Below are positions 9,962 to 20,225 of a DNA stretch of 64,000 nucleotides, piece after piece. The notes below the pieces were generated by a model. It was not told the origin of the DNA. It was given only the letters and a program-made list of their open reading frames with translations, and ran no database searches. The stretch lies in the sequence record SRR33789315_61. One strand, given 5' to 3'. Positions within the stretch are counted from its first letter, which is position 1. Each line of letters starts with the position of its first letter. A program made the position numbers and the translations under genes.

Positions 9962-11245
9962 ATGTCGTTAAATACGCCCCTAGCAGAACGGTTAAGACCA
10001 AAAACCCTTGAAGATTATATAAGTCAAGAGCATCTTGTAGGATCTTCAGGCTCGCTTTTACAATCTATTAAGAAAGGTCTTATCCCTTCATTAATACTTT
10101 GGGGACCTCCTGGGGTAGGTAAAACTACCTTGGCAAATATAATAGCTCAAGAATCTGGACGTCCTTTTTATACTTTAAGCGCGATAAGTAGTGGTGTTAA
10201 AGATGTGCGAGATGTTATTGAGAAAGCAAAGCAATCAGGTGGTTTATTTACGCAAAAAAATCCTATTCTTTTTATTGACGAAATACACCGATTTAGTAAA
10301 TCACAACAAGATTCTCTTTTAGGAGCTGTTGAAAAAGGATGGGTTACTTTAATAGGAGCAACGACAGAAAATCCCAGTTTTGAGGTCATTCCTGCTCTAT
10401 TATCAAGATGCCAAGTCTATATCTTAAAACCTTTTTCTGTAGCAGACCTAGAATTACTTTTAGCTAGAGCTTTAGAGAAAGATGAAGTTCTTGCTAATCT
10501 CGATGTCGATCTTGTAGAAACACAAGCCTTAATTAGACTAAGTGGTGGTGATGCAAGAAAGCTACTTAATATTTTTGAACTAATTCTCACCACAGAGATA
10601 GCCTCTAAAATAAAGGTAACTAATGAACTTGTTTTAAGCAAAGTACAGCAAAATACCGTCCTCTATGACAAAACAGGAGAACAGCATTATGATATTATTT
10701 CGGCGTTTATAAAATCTATTAGAGGCAGTGATCCCAATGCTGCAGTGTATTGGCTTGCTCGAATGCTAGAAGGTGGGGAAGATCTTAAATTTATAGCCCG
10801 TAGATTGATTATTCTCGCTTCTGAAGACATAGGTAATGCTAACCCAACAGCACTAGTAATTGCTAATAACACCTTTGCTGCGGTAAATACAATAGGTTAT
10901 CCTGAATCAAGAATAATTTTAAGCCAATGCGTAATTTATTTAGCAACCTCAGCTAAAAGCAATGCTTCCTACCAAGCCATCAACGAAGCTCAGCAGCTCG
11001 TAAAACAAACAGGAGACCTATCTGTCCCTATAGCATTACGCAATGCGCCTACAAAGCTTATGAAAGATTTAGGTTATGGTAAAGAATACCAATACAGTCA
11101 TAATGGCGATCAAAATTTTATAGCACAAGAATTCTTACCAGAAGAACTAAAAAATCATAAATTTTATGATCCCGGAAAAAATACCAGAGAAGAGCAAATT
11201 CGACTATTTCTTAAAAACCGCTGGAAAAATAAATATGATTATTGA
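9962..11245 (+). CDS. rarA: Replication-associated recombination protein A (AAA+ ATPase)
   Basis: PLAERLRP, Walker A GPPGVGKT, FIDEIHRF, GATTENPSF, HYDIISAFIKSIRGSD. Confidence 0.95.
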   Translation: MSLNTPLAERLRPKTLEDYISQEHLVGSSGSLLQSIKKGLIPSLILWGPPGVGKTTLANIIAQESGRPFYTLSAISSGVKDVRDVIEKAKQSGGLFTQKNPILFIDEIHRFSKSQQDSLLGAVEKGWVTLIGATTENPSFEVIPALLSRCQVYILKPFSVADLELLLARALEKDEVLANLDVDLVETQALIRLSGGDARKLLNIFELILTTEIASKIKVTNELVLSKVQQNTVLYDKTGEQHYDIISAFIKSIRGSDPNAAVYWLARMLEGGEDLKFIARRLIILASEDIGNANPTALVIANNTFAAVNTIGYPESRIILSQCVIYLATSAKSNASYQAINEAQQLVKQTGDLSVPIALRNAPTKLMKDLGYGKEYQYSHNGDQNFIAQEFLPEELKNHKFYDPGKNTREEQIRLFLKNRWKNKYDY

Positions 11246-12147
11246 ACTGGATGAAATACCATCTTAACAAGACCTGCTACTCCTTTTATTTCACGCTCAA
11301 CAATAAAAAGACTATCATTTAAAAAACCTATTCCAGAAAATTCTGAGGTAGATACATAATAAGAATCTCTTGAGGTTTTTATGCCCTTCCCAATTAAGGT
11401 TTCTCCTTCATAAAATAAAACACTATCCTGAGCAATTTTTAAACTATAGGCACCATCTGCACTAGTAAACGACTTCGCTTTTGAGGTTAAAACTGAAGGA
11501 TTATCCTTCTTAACTACTGCAATATCTGTAGTTGATGTTTGCATTGGAATAGTAGTTGGAGCTTCTTCAACTTCAGAAACGACCGCCCCTTCAGGAATTG
11601 AATTGTCTATCGTTTCGGCAATTACTTCCTTTTTTGGCATTTGAACTTCTGGCTGAGACACTACTGGCGCTTCAACTTCTGCTACAATATCAACTGGTTT
11701 TTGAGGAGTAGATAAAATCTCATCAGAATAGGTGAAACCTTCTTGCTCAAGCCCTTTAAAAGCATCTCTAAAAGCTTCGTTATAAGCTTCTTTGAAATTT
11801 TTACTTTTACTTTTCCCTTTGGGCGATGTATATACTGGAGTGCCTTTACAGTTTATTAATGAAAAAATTACATACGTACTCAACAAACCACCTTCCTCAA
11901 CCTTCATCTTTAAAAAGTCACAACTGTTTTGAGAAGCAGAACTGGAAATGGCTTCTGCCTCTCCCATAGCTTTAATCCCATATTTGGTAAAAAGAAACTT
12001 TGACAATTCATTTACTCCATATTCATTTACCGCCTTTTGAAAACCAAATTGATCTGGAACTAAAACAAATTTATAATCCTTAATACTTTGTGCAAAAACA
12101 GTACTGCTAAAAACAAGCAAAAGCAGAACGATAATACGATATTTCAT
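11239..12147 (-). CDS. Hypothetical exported protein
   Basis: Sec signal ending VFA-Q, globular N-terminal part, Pro/Glu/Thr-rich linker, small C-terminal domain. Confidence 0.7.
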   Translation of the reverse strand: MKYRIIVLLLLVFSSTVFAQSIKDYKFVLVPDQFGFQKAVNEYGVNELSKFLFTKYGIKAMGEAEAISSSASQNSCDFLKMKVEEGGLLSTYVIFSLINCKGTPVYTSPKGKSKSKNFKEAYNEAFRDAFKGLEQEGFTYSDEILSTPQKPVDIVAEVEAPVVSQPEVQMPKKEVIAETIDNSIPEGAVVSEVEEAPTTIPMQTSTTDIAVVKKDNPSVLTSKAKSFTSADGAYSLKIAQDSVLFYEGETLIGKGIKTSRDSYYVSTSEFSGIGFLNDSLFIVEREIKGVAGLVKMVFHPVQ

Positions 12148-12149
12148 AA

Positions 12150-13529
12150 TTAATTTTTATTTATTAAAAACTGAGCTCCCAACTGGAAACCGGCAGTTTT
12201 AGCTTTGGCTAAATTAGTATAACCTATAATATTGTTTAGACTTAGATAGATATTAAATTTATTCCATCTGTAAGAAAACAACATGCCTAAGTTATAAAAA
12301 GAATAGGAATCTACCGTATAGGTAACTTTTCCAAAAATATCGGGCAATAGGGTTGCTTCATAATAAACTGTTGTTGCGATTTGCGTTGTTAAGGGTCTTT
12401 TAATGGCTCTTAAGAGTAAACCTATCTTATTACGATAAATTCTCTCATCTGGCCATAAACAATTGCAATTATCAGATTCACCAAATTTATAAGCCAAAGA
12501 AAGAAAACCTTTAGCAGGCATGTAAGTCGTATAAGATAACCCTTTGCGATTACCATAATCAAAAGCGTTCTCAAATTCATCTTGAATATCTCTTGTATAT
12601 GATATTTGCAAATCCCGATCTAACGAAAACTCTATTCCATCATATTGATAAGAACCCTCTAGGTAAAAGTCCTTTATATCATATTGATGTGAAATTATGC
12701 CTAGGTCTATTAAACTCCCAGAGAGTATTGTTCTATGATTTAGCTTATAAGTAAAACCTAAATCAATACCAACTCCTGCATTACCACCAAAGAAAACACG
12801 CTTCACTAACTGCTTAATATCTGCATTCTCTATGGCTTCAATTCCAGATGTTTTTGCCAAAAGATTTACATTTTCTATACGCTGATCGTATATATTTGAG
12901 CCTAATCCCGTCTCTTTTGTGATAAAATATCCCGAATTCTTTAAACTAGAGGCATTTGCAATACTTGAGTAATATTTAAACCTTACACCTAAATTTAGTT
13001 TACGGGAATATTTTGTATTCATACCAAAATGAAATACCGAAAGAGCATCTGCTCTCGCGGCAACCCCATTGGTAAAAAAATAATGATTTATATTCGGAAC
13101 GTTTCCATCATGTAATAAATTGATTATATCTTTAGGTAAATAGGTGATGAAATCTAATTCTTCATACCATCCCACACTCAAATAGTTCTTATGCTTATTG
13201 CGCCAACCAAAACTTAAACCTTCTAGTTTTTGATTTACAGAAGCAAAATCTTTGTAAGACAACTTAGGTATTAATAAAGTGATCTGTTGATTAATATCTT
13301 GTCCCGAATCATTAGCGAATATATCATAAACCGAAACTTTACTGCTCGCCTCTAATTTAAAACCTGAAAATAATGGGATCCCAATATGACTATCAAAGGT
13401 CACCTCACTTGAAGGATTAAGCATAAGACTTTGAGGTAAATAGTTTGCACCATAAAGTTGATTATCCTGAGCATAAGCAAAAAAACTGCTGGCTACAAAT
13501 AGCATAAAAAAAATTGCCTTAGTATACAA
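12150..13529 (-). CDS. DUF5723-like outer-membrane beta-barrel protein, copy 1
   Basis: Signal peptide, PQSLMLNP..HIGIP N-terminal motif, GVGIDLGFTY, amphipathic strands; paralogue at 14768-16153. Confidence 0.75.
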   Translation of the reverse strand: MYTKAIFFMLFVASSFFAYAQDNQLYGANYLPQSLMLNPSSEVTFDSHIGIPLFSGFKLEASSKVSVYDIFANDSGQDINQQITLLIPKLSYKDFASVNQKLEGLSFGWRNKHKNYLSVGWYEELDFITYLPKDIINLLHDGNVPNINHYFFTNGVAARADALSVFHFGMNTKYSRKLNLGVRFKYYSSIANASSLKNSGYFITKETGLGSNIYDQRIENVNLLAKTSGIEAIENADIKQLVKRVFFGGNAGVGIDLGFTYKLNHRTILSGSLIDLGIISHQYDIKDFYLEGSYQYDGIEFSLDRDLQISYTRDIQDEFENAFDYGNRKGLSYTTYMPAKGFLSLAYKFGESDNCNCLWPDERIYRNKIGLLLRAIKRPLTTQIATTVYYEATLLPDIFGKVTYTVDSYSFYNLGMLFSYRWNKFNIYLSLNNIIGYTNLAKAKTAGFQLGAQFLINKN

Positions 13530-14073
13530 AATTGAAGGTTGCCTTAGACTTGAAAATTAAATTACCCGCCAAAGCTTTTTTGTTATCCAGTATAGTTAAG
13601 GAAACACGTAATTTACTTGACCTTTTGATCTTATCAAGATCTTCTGTAGTAAAAGGATTACCATGATTGTCATATACAGTAGTAATAATTTCTCCCGTAT
13701 TACTTCCCTTAATATTGATTTTTGGAAGTGTAAGCAATTGTGTGTTATCTTCAGTTAAAAAATCTATTGTAGTAACAAATTCTTGAGAAAACGTATTTTC
13801 AAACTGAAATAAAAATGCTAATTCCTTAAGGTTGTCAGTCAGAAATTCTTCATTAAGAAAATTGAGGGATAAAACCAACTCAAAAGGTCTGTTATCTATT
13901 TCACCAGTAGTCGAATCCTTAAAATCATCAGAATCTGCATTAAAATAAGCAAGATTAATTGTAGAAGTATGATCTATTTCTACATCATCAACTTGCTCTA
14001 AATCAATATCTTTAATACAACCAGTGAATAAAAAAAGGATCAACACTAGATAGGGGGCGACAAAACGGATCAT
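13519..14073 (-). CDS. Hypothetical lipoprotein, copy 1
   Basis: Lipobox FTGC followed by IKDIDLEQ; paralogue at 16143-16685 (shared FENT/SF-like motif and FVY C-terminus). Confidence 0.75.
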   Translation of the reverse strand: MIRFVAPYLVLILFLFTGCIKDIDLEQVDDVEIDHTSTINLAYFNADSDDFKDSTTGEIDNRPFELVLSLNFLNEEFLTDNLKELAFLFQFENTFSQEFVTTIDFLTEDNTQLLTLPKINIKGSNTGEIITTVYDNHGNPFTTEDLDKIKRSSKLRVSLTILDNKKALAGNLIFKSKATFNFVY

Positions 14074-14767
14074 TTAAACGGCAATTAACACTTTTAAGGG
14101 CAATAAATCTATGAAAGTAAATAGAGAATTAATTTTAAATGTATATTATATTTTTCAAACGGAGAATATAAACTAAACGCTGTCTTAATTGTATTATTTA
14201 TTACACACCAACATGACAACAAAAAAAGAATTCAAGCAAAAAATGTTGGAGTTTTTAATATTTAATAATAGCCTTTTTGGAATCGTTGACCTTTTGCATC
14301 TATTCTATAAAGAATACAATTAAAAAGAAATTAGAGTATAGATAGGGGAATTCACTTAAAGACTAGGAATTGATCGGTAAGAAATACAGGTTTAAAAAAA
14401 CCAAAAACGGTTTCGGTTCTTTTGATATTAATATATCACATAATCGTTAAAATAGCTTTGAGCCGAAAAAGAAAAAAACTCTTTTTATTCTAAAAGTTAG
14501 TCTTTCCGAAAAGAATAATCACCTTCCACCGAATTCATTAAAAACAAAAAAGCATCCAAGAAAATAGATCAACCTAATATTGTATTATAAGCTTGACAAT
14601 GCCCCTATAATTAAATTTGGATACATCTTAACTTATTACATAAATTTCATTTCTTCTCAGTAGACACCCGAAAAATTTAAAGAGTATCGAGCTTAATATG
14701 TAGGCTTATATGATTGTATATAAAACCAATCAGTAGCATAACATAAAAAAGGAGCTAAAATTAATTT

Positions 14768-16153
14768 TTAATTTCCTTTGTTTTTATCAATTAGAATTTG
14801 CGCACCTATTTGCAATCCAGCTGTCTTTGTTTTTGCTAAATTCATATACCCTATTAAATTATCAAAACCGCCGTATATATTAATGTTTTTATATCTAGCC
14901 GATAAAAGTATCCCTAAGTTATAAAAAGAATAGGAATCAATTGTATAGGTAAATTTTGCATGTAACTGTGAAGCGATTAAGGTATCATATGATGTAGTAG
15001 CTTCAAATTGAACATTTAAAGGTCTCTTAATAGCCTTAAGCATAAAACTAATATTATTTTTATAGCTATATTCCTCAGGCCAAAGACAATTACAATCTTT
15101 TGTCTCCCCAAAGGAATAATCTAATCCTAAAAATGCTTTTACTGGACGCCATGTATAATAAGTATCTGTAATTTCATCCCCGTATTTAAATGAATCTTTT
15201 AAATCATTTTCTAAATTATCGATATAAGGAATGTCTTTATCACTATTAAAAATAAATTCTATTCCCTTATAATTAAAGGAGCCATTAACATAGTATTCTT
15301 TGGTATTAGACCTATGGGCTATCGCTCCAAAATCTATTAGGCTTCCAGTAAATCTCATTTGCCTACCCACCTTATATGTAAATCCTATGTCTACACCTAA
15401 CCCATAATTACCACTAAAAAAAACATTTCTGATCAAGTCATGCTTGGTGACTTCTTCAAAATCCTCAATACCCGAAGTTAGTATAGAAAGATTAATATTA
15501 TTCAAATGCTGATCCACATCAGTCCCATCTTCAGAAATTCCTGTAGAATTAAAAGTGCCAGCATTATTTAAACTTTTAAAACTAAAAATACTAGAATAAA
15601 GTTTTGCCCGTAGACCTATACGTAATCTCTTGTTTAATTTATGGCTTGCACCTATGTGTAATACAGAAAGAATATCTCCTCGTAATGACAAACCACCAGT
15701 AGAATAAACCCTATCAGCTTCATTTCCTTCATAGGCAAGCTGAAGTATATCTTTAGGAAAATAACTAATAAAATCTATCTCCTCATACCATCCAGCACTA
15801 AAATAATTATCTCTTTTGTCTCTAAAACCAAAACTAAGAATATCAAGGTGTTGATTAATAGCAAAATGATCTTTAAAAGACATTTTATCTATTGCGGCAT
15901 TCACCCGAGTGTTTAAATCATCTGGATTGTCATCTGCTAAAATATCATATACAGTAAGTTCGCTTGAAATTACTTTCAATTTAATTCCCGATAAAAAAGG
16001 AATTCCTATATGAAAATCAAAAGAAACGTCTGCTCCTGGATTTAAGATGAGACTTTGCGGTAAATAGGACGTCCCATATATTTGACGATCCTGCGATATA
16101 CTTCTTTGGGATATAACCAAAAGAAATAAAACTACTAGTTTTTTAATAAACAA
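14768..16153 (-). CDS. DUF5723-like outer-membrane beta-barrel protein, copy 2
   Basis: Shares YLPQSL.LNP, HIGIP, GWYEE.DFI.Y.PKDI, CNCLWP and YT.DSYSFYNLG with copy 1. Start placed at TTG 16153 by analogy with copy 1. Confidence 0.75.
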   Translation of the reverse strand: MFIKKLVVLFLLVISQRSISQDRQIYGTSYLPQSLILNPGADVSFDFHIGIPFLSGIKLKVISSELTVYDILADDNPDDLNTRVNAAIDKMSFKDHFAINQHLDILSFGFRDKRDNYFSAGWYEEIDFISYFPKDILQLAYEGNEADRVYSTGGLSLRGDILSVLHIGASHKLNKRLRIGLRAKLYSSIFSFKSLNNAGTFNSTGISEDGTDVDQHLNNINLSILTSGIEDFEEVTKHDLIRNVFFSGNYGLGVDIGFTYKVGRQMRFTGSLIDFGAIAHRSNTKEYYVNGSFNYKGIEFIFNSDKDIPYIDNLENDLKDSFKYGDEITDTYYTWRPVKAFLGLDYSFGETKDCNCLWPEEYSYKNNISFMLKAIKRPLNVQFEATTSYDTLIASQLHAKFTYTIDSYSFYNLGILLSARYKNINIYGGFDNLIGYMNLAKTKTAGLQIGAQILIDKNKGN

Positions 16154-16685
16154 ACTTAAAAACCCCTTGAGATTGAAAGTTAAGAGCACCTTCTATAGGA
16201 ATATTATTGTCAATAAGGTTAAATATAACTTTAAATTTATTTGAAGATTTTATGGCTTTAACTCCTTCTTCATTTATAATTTCATCAAATTGAGAAATCA
16301 CAAAATCACCATCAAGACTGGGTGTGATATGAAAAGGGAATTGATATCTAACATTACTCGAACCTTTTAAAAATTGAATTACACCTTCTACAGAATGTGA
16401 TAAAGAATTTTCAAATTCATAATGAAGTACAATATTTACAAGATTTTCTTGTAGAAATTCTTCATTCATAAACTCTAACGGTATAGAAAACTCATAAGGA
16501 TCATAGTTTACTTCACCTGTTTCTTTATTAGTAAAATCATTACTAGTAGCAGAAAAACTAAATAAGTTTATATATAAATCATGATCTAAACCAGCTTTAT
16601 CAAACTGATTTACATCTATATCACTTACACAACCTACAGCAGTAAATAAGATTAACACAAGCCATTTCTCGGTAAAATTCTTCAT
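16143..16685 (-). CDS. Hypothetical lipoprotein, copy 2
   Basis: Lipobox AVGC followed by VSDIDVNQ; shares TGE..., F.NEEFL..NL, FEN, IK.S.K and FVY with copy 1. Confidence 0.75.
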   Translation of the reverse strand: MKNFTEKWLVLILFTAVGCVSDIDVNQFDKAGLDHDLYINLFSFSATSNDFTNKETGEVNYDPYEFSIPLEFMNEEFLQENLVNIVLHYEFENSLSHSVEGVIQFLKGSSNVRYQFPFHITPSLDGDFVISQFDEIINEEGVKAIKSSNKFKVIFNLIDNNIPIEGALNFQSQGVFKFVY

Positions 16686-16927
16686 TTAATCGATTATTTT
16701 ATGTGGGCTAAGTTAAATTATTACCTTCGATTATAATTTATTCGAAATGTTAATTAACATATTTTAAGATTTTCAATGGTTTTAATATTTAACCATTTCT
16801 TCAAGAAACTTAACGAAGAAAGAATATCAAGTATCTTTTTGGTGTAAAATATCAGCTATTTTTAGAGCTAGATTGGAGAATAAAATTTCTGGAAAAATGT
16901 GGTTTAAAATTTTACTGGAGGAATTAC

Positions 16928-17629
16928 TTAGTCTAATATATACTTTAAATCCAGTATTTTATGTATACTAACCAAGCCTTCAAGATTAGAATCTATTGTC
17001 TGTCTATGATCTAGCAAAATTGCTTTCATTCCAATATTTTGCGCACCCAATATATCGGCTTCATAGTTATCCCCTATCATTATACTATTAGCAACAGATG
17101 CATTAGCGGTATTCAATGCATGGTAGAAAATTCTAGAGTTTGGTTTTTTTACTCCAGCACATTCACTTGTGGTAACAGAGTTAAAGTATGGGGCAATTCC
17201 AGACTTTAGCATTTTTTGATGTTGTACTTCTTTAAATCCATTAGTGATAATATGCAATTCAAATCGCTTTGAATAACATTCTAATACCTCTATAACACCT
17301 TCAAAAAGGTAATTAGTATTAGTCAAGTTGTCGATATATTCCTCTGAGAGCTTATCAATTAAATATTTATCTATATGAACAGCAAGTTGATCAAAGCTTT
17401 TTTTGAGACGACCATATCGCAACTGCTCTTTGGTTACTTGGCCTTCCCTATAATACTTCCAATATTGCAAGTTTATAGGTTGATAAACTACTAGAAAGTC
17501 TGCTATAGGAATTTGTATTTTATTGCGTTGAAAAATATGAGCAAAAGTTAAGGCTGAATTTCGATCAAAATCCCAGAGCGTATGATCCAGATCAAAAAAT
17601 ATATGTTCTATCCCTTTAAAATCAAACAT
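16928..17629 (-). CDS. yjjG: YjjG-family HAD noncanonical pyrimidine nucleotidase
   Basis: FFDLDHTLWDF, IITNGF, KP and MIGDN..ADI HAD motifs. Start moved to the ATG at 17629, overlapping the upstream stop. Confidence 0.9.
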   Translation of the reverse strand: MFDFKGIEHIFFDLDHTLWDFDRNSALTFAHIFQRNKIQIPIADFLVVYQPINLQYWKYYREGQVTKEQLRYGRLKKSFDQLAVHIDKYLIDKLSEEYIDNLTNTNYLFEGVIEVLECYSKRFELHIITNGFKEVQHQKMLKSGIAPYFNSVTTSECAGVKKPNSRIFYHALNTANASVANSIMIGDNYEADILGAQNIGMKAILLDHRQTIDSNLEGLVSIHKILDLKYILD

Positions 17630-18926
17630 ATAATAACTCTTTGAAAAATTGCTTCCATTGCTTATTATCTTTTTGATCATCTCTAAACGAATCATTTTTA
17701 AAGCTAAAAACAAAAACGCCATTTACCCGCTTAACCGCTTCTCTCATTTCTAGAAACTGGTCAAGAACCTTATTTAAATCCAATTCTTTATCACCAGTAT
17801 GTTCAAAAACCCCAGATTGAGCACAGATAGGATTTATTTTTAATGGGGTTACACTCTCATATTCCATATCATAAAACAAAAAAGGGGTACACGTTCCCGC
17901 CCTAAACCCTAGGTAGTCAGGATAACCCATTGAGTAATCATTTTTTGCTTCATTACGAATCATATCTCTATAATGCTGCCCTAAGTTTTCAAAATGCTTT
18001 GAACATCTTACGGCATTTAAGGGTTTATTCATAATTTGTTCAAGCCGCAATTTTTCTAGCTTTAGTTGATCTACATCGTTTAGTGCTTCTTTAGAAAATA
18101 AAACACCTACTTCAGAATAATCACCTATCATCTTGATTAAATCTTGGAAAGCATTTTTATTCACTCTTATATTCTTAGTTTGTGAGGAATAATTCCCTAA
18201 TTGGAAAAAGAATATAAATTTATGCGCGATTTGTTTCTGGATATTTATTAACCAATTAAAAGTATCGTGAGGATCTTTACGAAATCCTAAATTCACCTGT
18301 ATGCGTAGTAATAAGCGCTTAAATCTGAAGGTTGTTAAATCTTGGAAAAATCCTATTATATGACGCAGTGCACCTATCTTATATAAATCATAGGCTTGCT
18401 CTACATCTATTAATGCTTGAATGCTATAAGAAGGTAATTCATTAATATACTCAGGAAATCTCTCTTGCAATATATCTAGAAAACGATATGACCATATATC
18501 TATAATTGGATCTCTTAAAAAGCCTTTATTATAGGCTAAACTTTCTGTAACAGGAAATCTACCATCATCATCTTTAACATGTGGTAAATACTCTTCATAT
18601 CTGCTCAATAAATAAAATGCCGCAGAAAAAATATCAAATGGTAATGCATTCTTTGCTCCTGTAGGAAAGAAACAAGAAACACCATCCCAATCTTGTACTT
18701 TTATCTCTATATCTGTCAGACCTTGTTCAAACAAAAGATCATGGCTTTTTATATGTAGCTCATTACCTAAGGGTTTTGTCGTATAGGAAAATTTCTGAGC
18801 ATCGTGAAGGATGAAGTCATCAATCGAACTGGTAATCTTAATAGGTATTTTTAAGATTCCTGTACAAATTTGCTTAAATGAATATTTAAGTCGAGGAGTT
18901 ATTTTATGGGTATAGATAAGAAGCAT
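17622..18926 (-). CDS. Polysaccharide-deacetylase-like protein (DUF7033-type N-terminus)
   Basis: FDIFSAAFYLLSRYEEY and GFRAGTCTPF motifs typical of this Bacteroidota family. Confidence 0.7.
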   Translation of the reverse strand: MLLIYTHKITPRLKYSFKQICTGILKIPIKITSSIDDFILHDAQKFSYTTKPLGNELHIKSHDLLFEQGLTDIEIKVQDWDGVSCFFPTGAKNALPFDIFSAAFYLLSRYEEYLPHVKDDDGRFPVTESLAYNKGFLRDPIIDIWSYRFLDILQERFPEYINELPSYSIQALIDVEQAYDLYKIGALRHIIGFFQDLTTFRFKRLLLRIQVNLGFRKDPHDTFNWLINIQKQIAHKFIFFFQLGNYSSQTKNIRVNKNAFQDLIKMIGDYSEVGVLFSKEALNDVDQLKLEKLRLEQIMNKPLNAVRCSKHFENLGQHYRDMIRNEAKNDYSMGYPDYLGFRAGTCTPFLFYDMEYESVTPLKINPICAQSGVFEHTGDKELDLNKVLDQFLEMREAVKRVNGVFVFSFKNDSFRDDQKDNKQWKQFFKELLYV

Positions 18927-18958
18927 CTGGAGAGCGGGTAAATGACAATAATCAAATT

Positions 18959-19657
18959 TTACAATAGATTTTCGTCAGCAAAGCTAAAGTAAGCTTTTTC
19001 GGTTATAATAAGATGATCTAGAATCTTAAGGTCTAAACTATCTGCTGCAATCTTTAACTTTTGAGTTAGATCTTTATCAGACTGACTAGGTTTTAATGTG
19101 CCTGATGGATGATTATGCGCTAAAATGAGTGCCGTCACTCCTAAAGTTAAAGCCCTTTTCATCACTAATCTCACATCGACAAGCGTTCCCGTAATTCCTC
19201 CTTTACTCACTTGATCCATCTGGATAACTTTATTGGAATTATTTAAAAATAACACCCAGAATTCTTCGTGAGGTAATTCACCTAAAACAGGCTGTAGTAT
19301 ATCAAAAGCATCATTACTACTGGTTATCTGCTTACGTTCAAGGACTTCAGACAATCTTCTACGACGGCCTATTTCTAATGCGGCTGCGATGGTAATTGCT
19401 TTTGCCTCACCAATCCCTTTGAACTTCATTAATTCATTAATATCTAACTTACCTAAAGCATTGAGATTATTATCTACCGAAGCTAAAATACGCTTACTTA
19501 ATGACACCGCACTTTCATCACGACTCCCTGATCCTATGATAATTGCGACCAATTCTGCATTACTTAAAACATCTTTACCTTTTTGTAAGAGCTTTTCTCT
19601 GGGCCTATCATCTAATGACCAATTCTTAATAGAAATATTTTTAGAGTTAACATCCAT
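18959..19657 (-). CDS. radC: RadC/JAB-domain protein
   Basis: DRPREKL, HhH GIGEAKA, JAB motif AHNHPSG...S.SD, LDHLII. Confidence 0.95.
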   Translation of the reverse strand: MDVNSKNISIKNWSLDDRPREKLLQKGKDVLSNAELVAIIIGSGSRDESAVSLSKRILASVDNNLNALGKLDINELMKFKGIGEAKAITIAAALEIGRRRRLSEVLERKQITSSNDAFDILQPVLGELPHEEFWVLFLNNSNKVIQMDQVSKGGITGTLVDVRLVMKRALTLGVTALILAHNHPSGTLKPSQSDKDLTQKLKIAADSLDLKILDHLIITEKAYFSFADENLL

Positions 19658-19768
19658 AACATTCGTTTGAATAAAGATAAATAATCGTTACTTTAGCACT
19701 ATCAAATCTCATTTAACGCTTTTAATCGAAGTTAACACCCCTTAATCCCCTTTAAAACACCTTTAATC

Positions 19769-20212
19769 GTGAACAACCTACTTAATGAAAATGATTATAG
19801 TAAAATTAAGTACCGCTTATTTTTACTAAACTCCCATGTCCAGGCGCATTGGGGGAAAATGGATGTAGCTCAGATGGTAAACCATTGCCAAAAACCCCTT
19901 GAAATTGTCTTGGATAAAAACCAGTATAATCTTAAACCTAATATTCTGGCTAAATTGTTTTACAAGAAATTAATGTACAATAATAGACCATTGCCTCATA
20001 ATCTACCAACTCCTAAACCTTTCAAAGTTCAAGAGGAAAAGGAATTAGACCAAGAGCGACAAAAACTAGAACAGTTGATAGATGAATTCTATAAACAAAA
20101 GGATAAGGAAAACTTTCCTAAACATCCAGTTTTTGGAAAATTAACTAAAGAACAATGGGGTCAAATGCAGTATAAACATTTAAATCATCACTTAAACCAG
20201 TTTGGGGTATAG
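19769..20212 (+). CDS. DUF1569 (DinB-like) protein
   Basis: WGKMDVAQMVNHC and HPVFGKLTKEQWG...KHLNHHLNQFGV. Confidence 0.85.
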   Translation: MNNLLNENDYSKIKYRLFLLNSHVQAHWGKMDVAQMVNHCQKPLEIVLDKNQYNLKPNILAKLFYKKLMYNNRPLPHNLPTPKPFKVQEEKELDQERQKLEQLIDEFYKQKDKENFPKHPVFGKLTKEQWGQMQYKHLNHHLNQFGV

Positions 20213-20225
20213 GTATACGCAAAAC

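Noticed and set aside
18959-19657. RadC/JAB as a defence or mobile-element marker
   Set aside because: It is a full-length HhH+JAB housekeeping form in a backbone context, with no E1/E2, CBASS or mobile genes nearby.
19769-20212. DUF1569 gene on the opposite strand as a mobile insert
   Set aside because: No flanking repeats or clear composition shift; a common DinB-like accessory gene.
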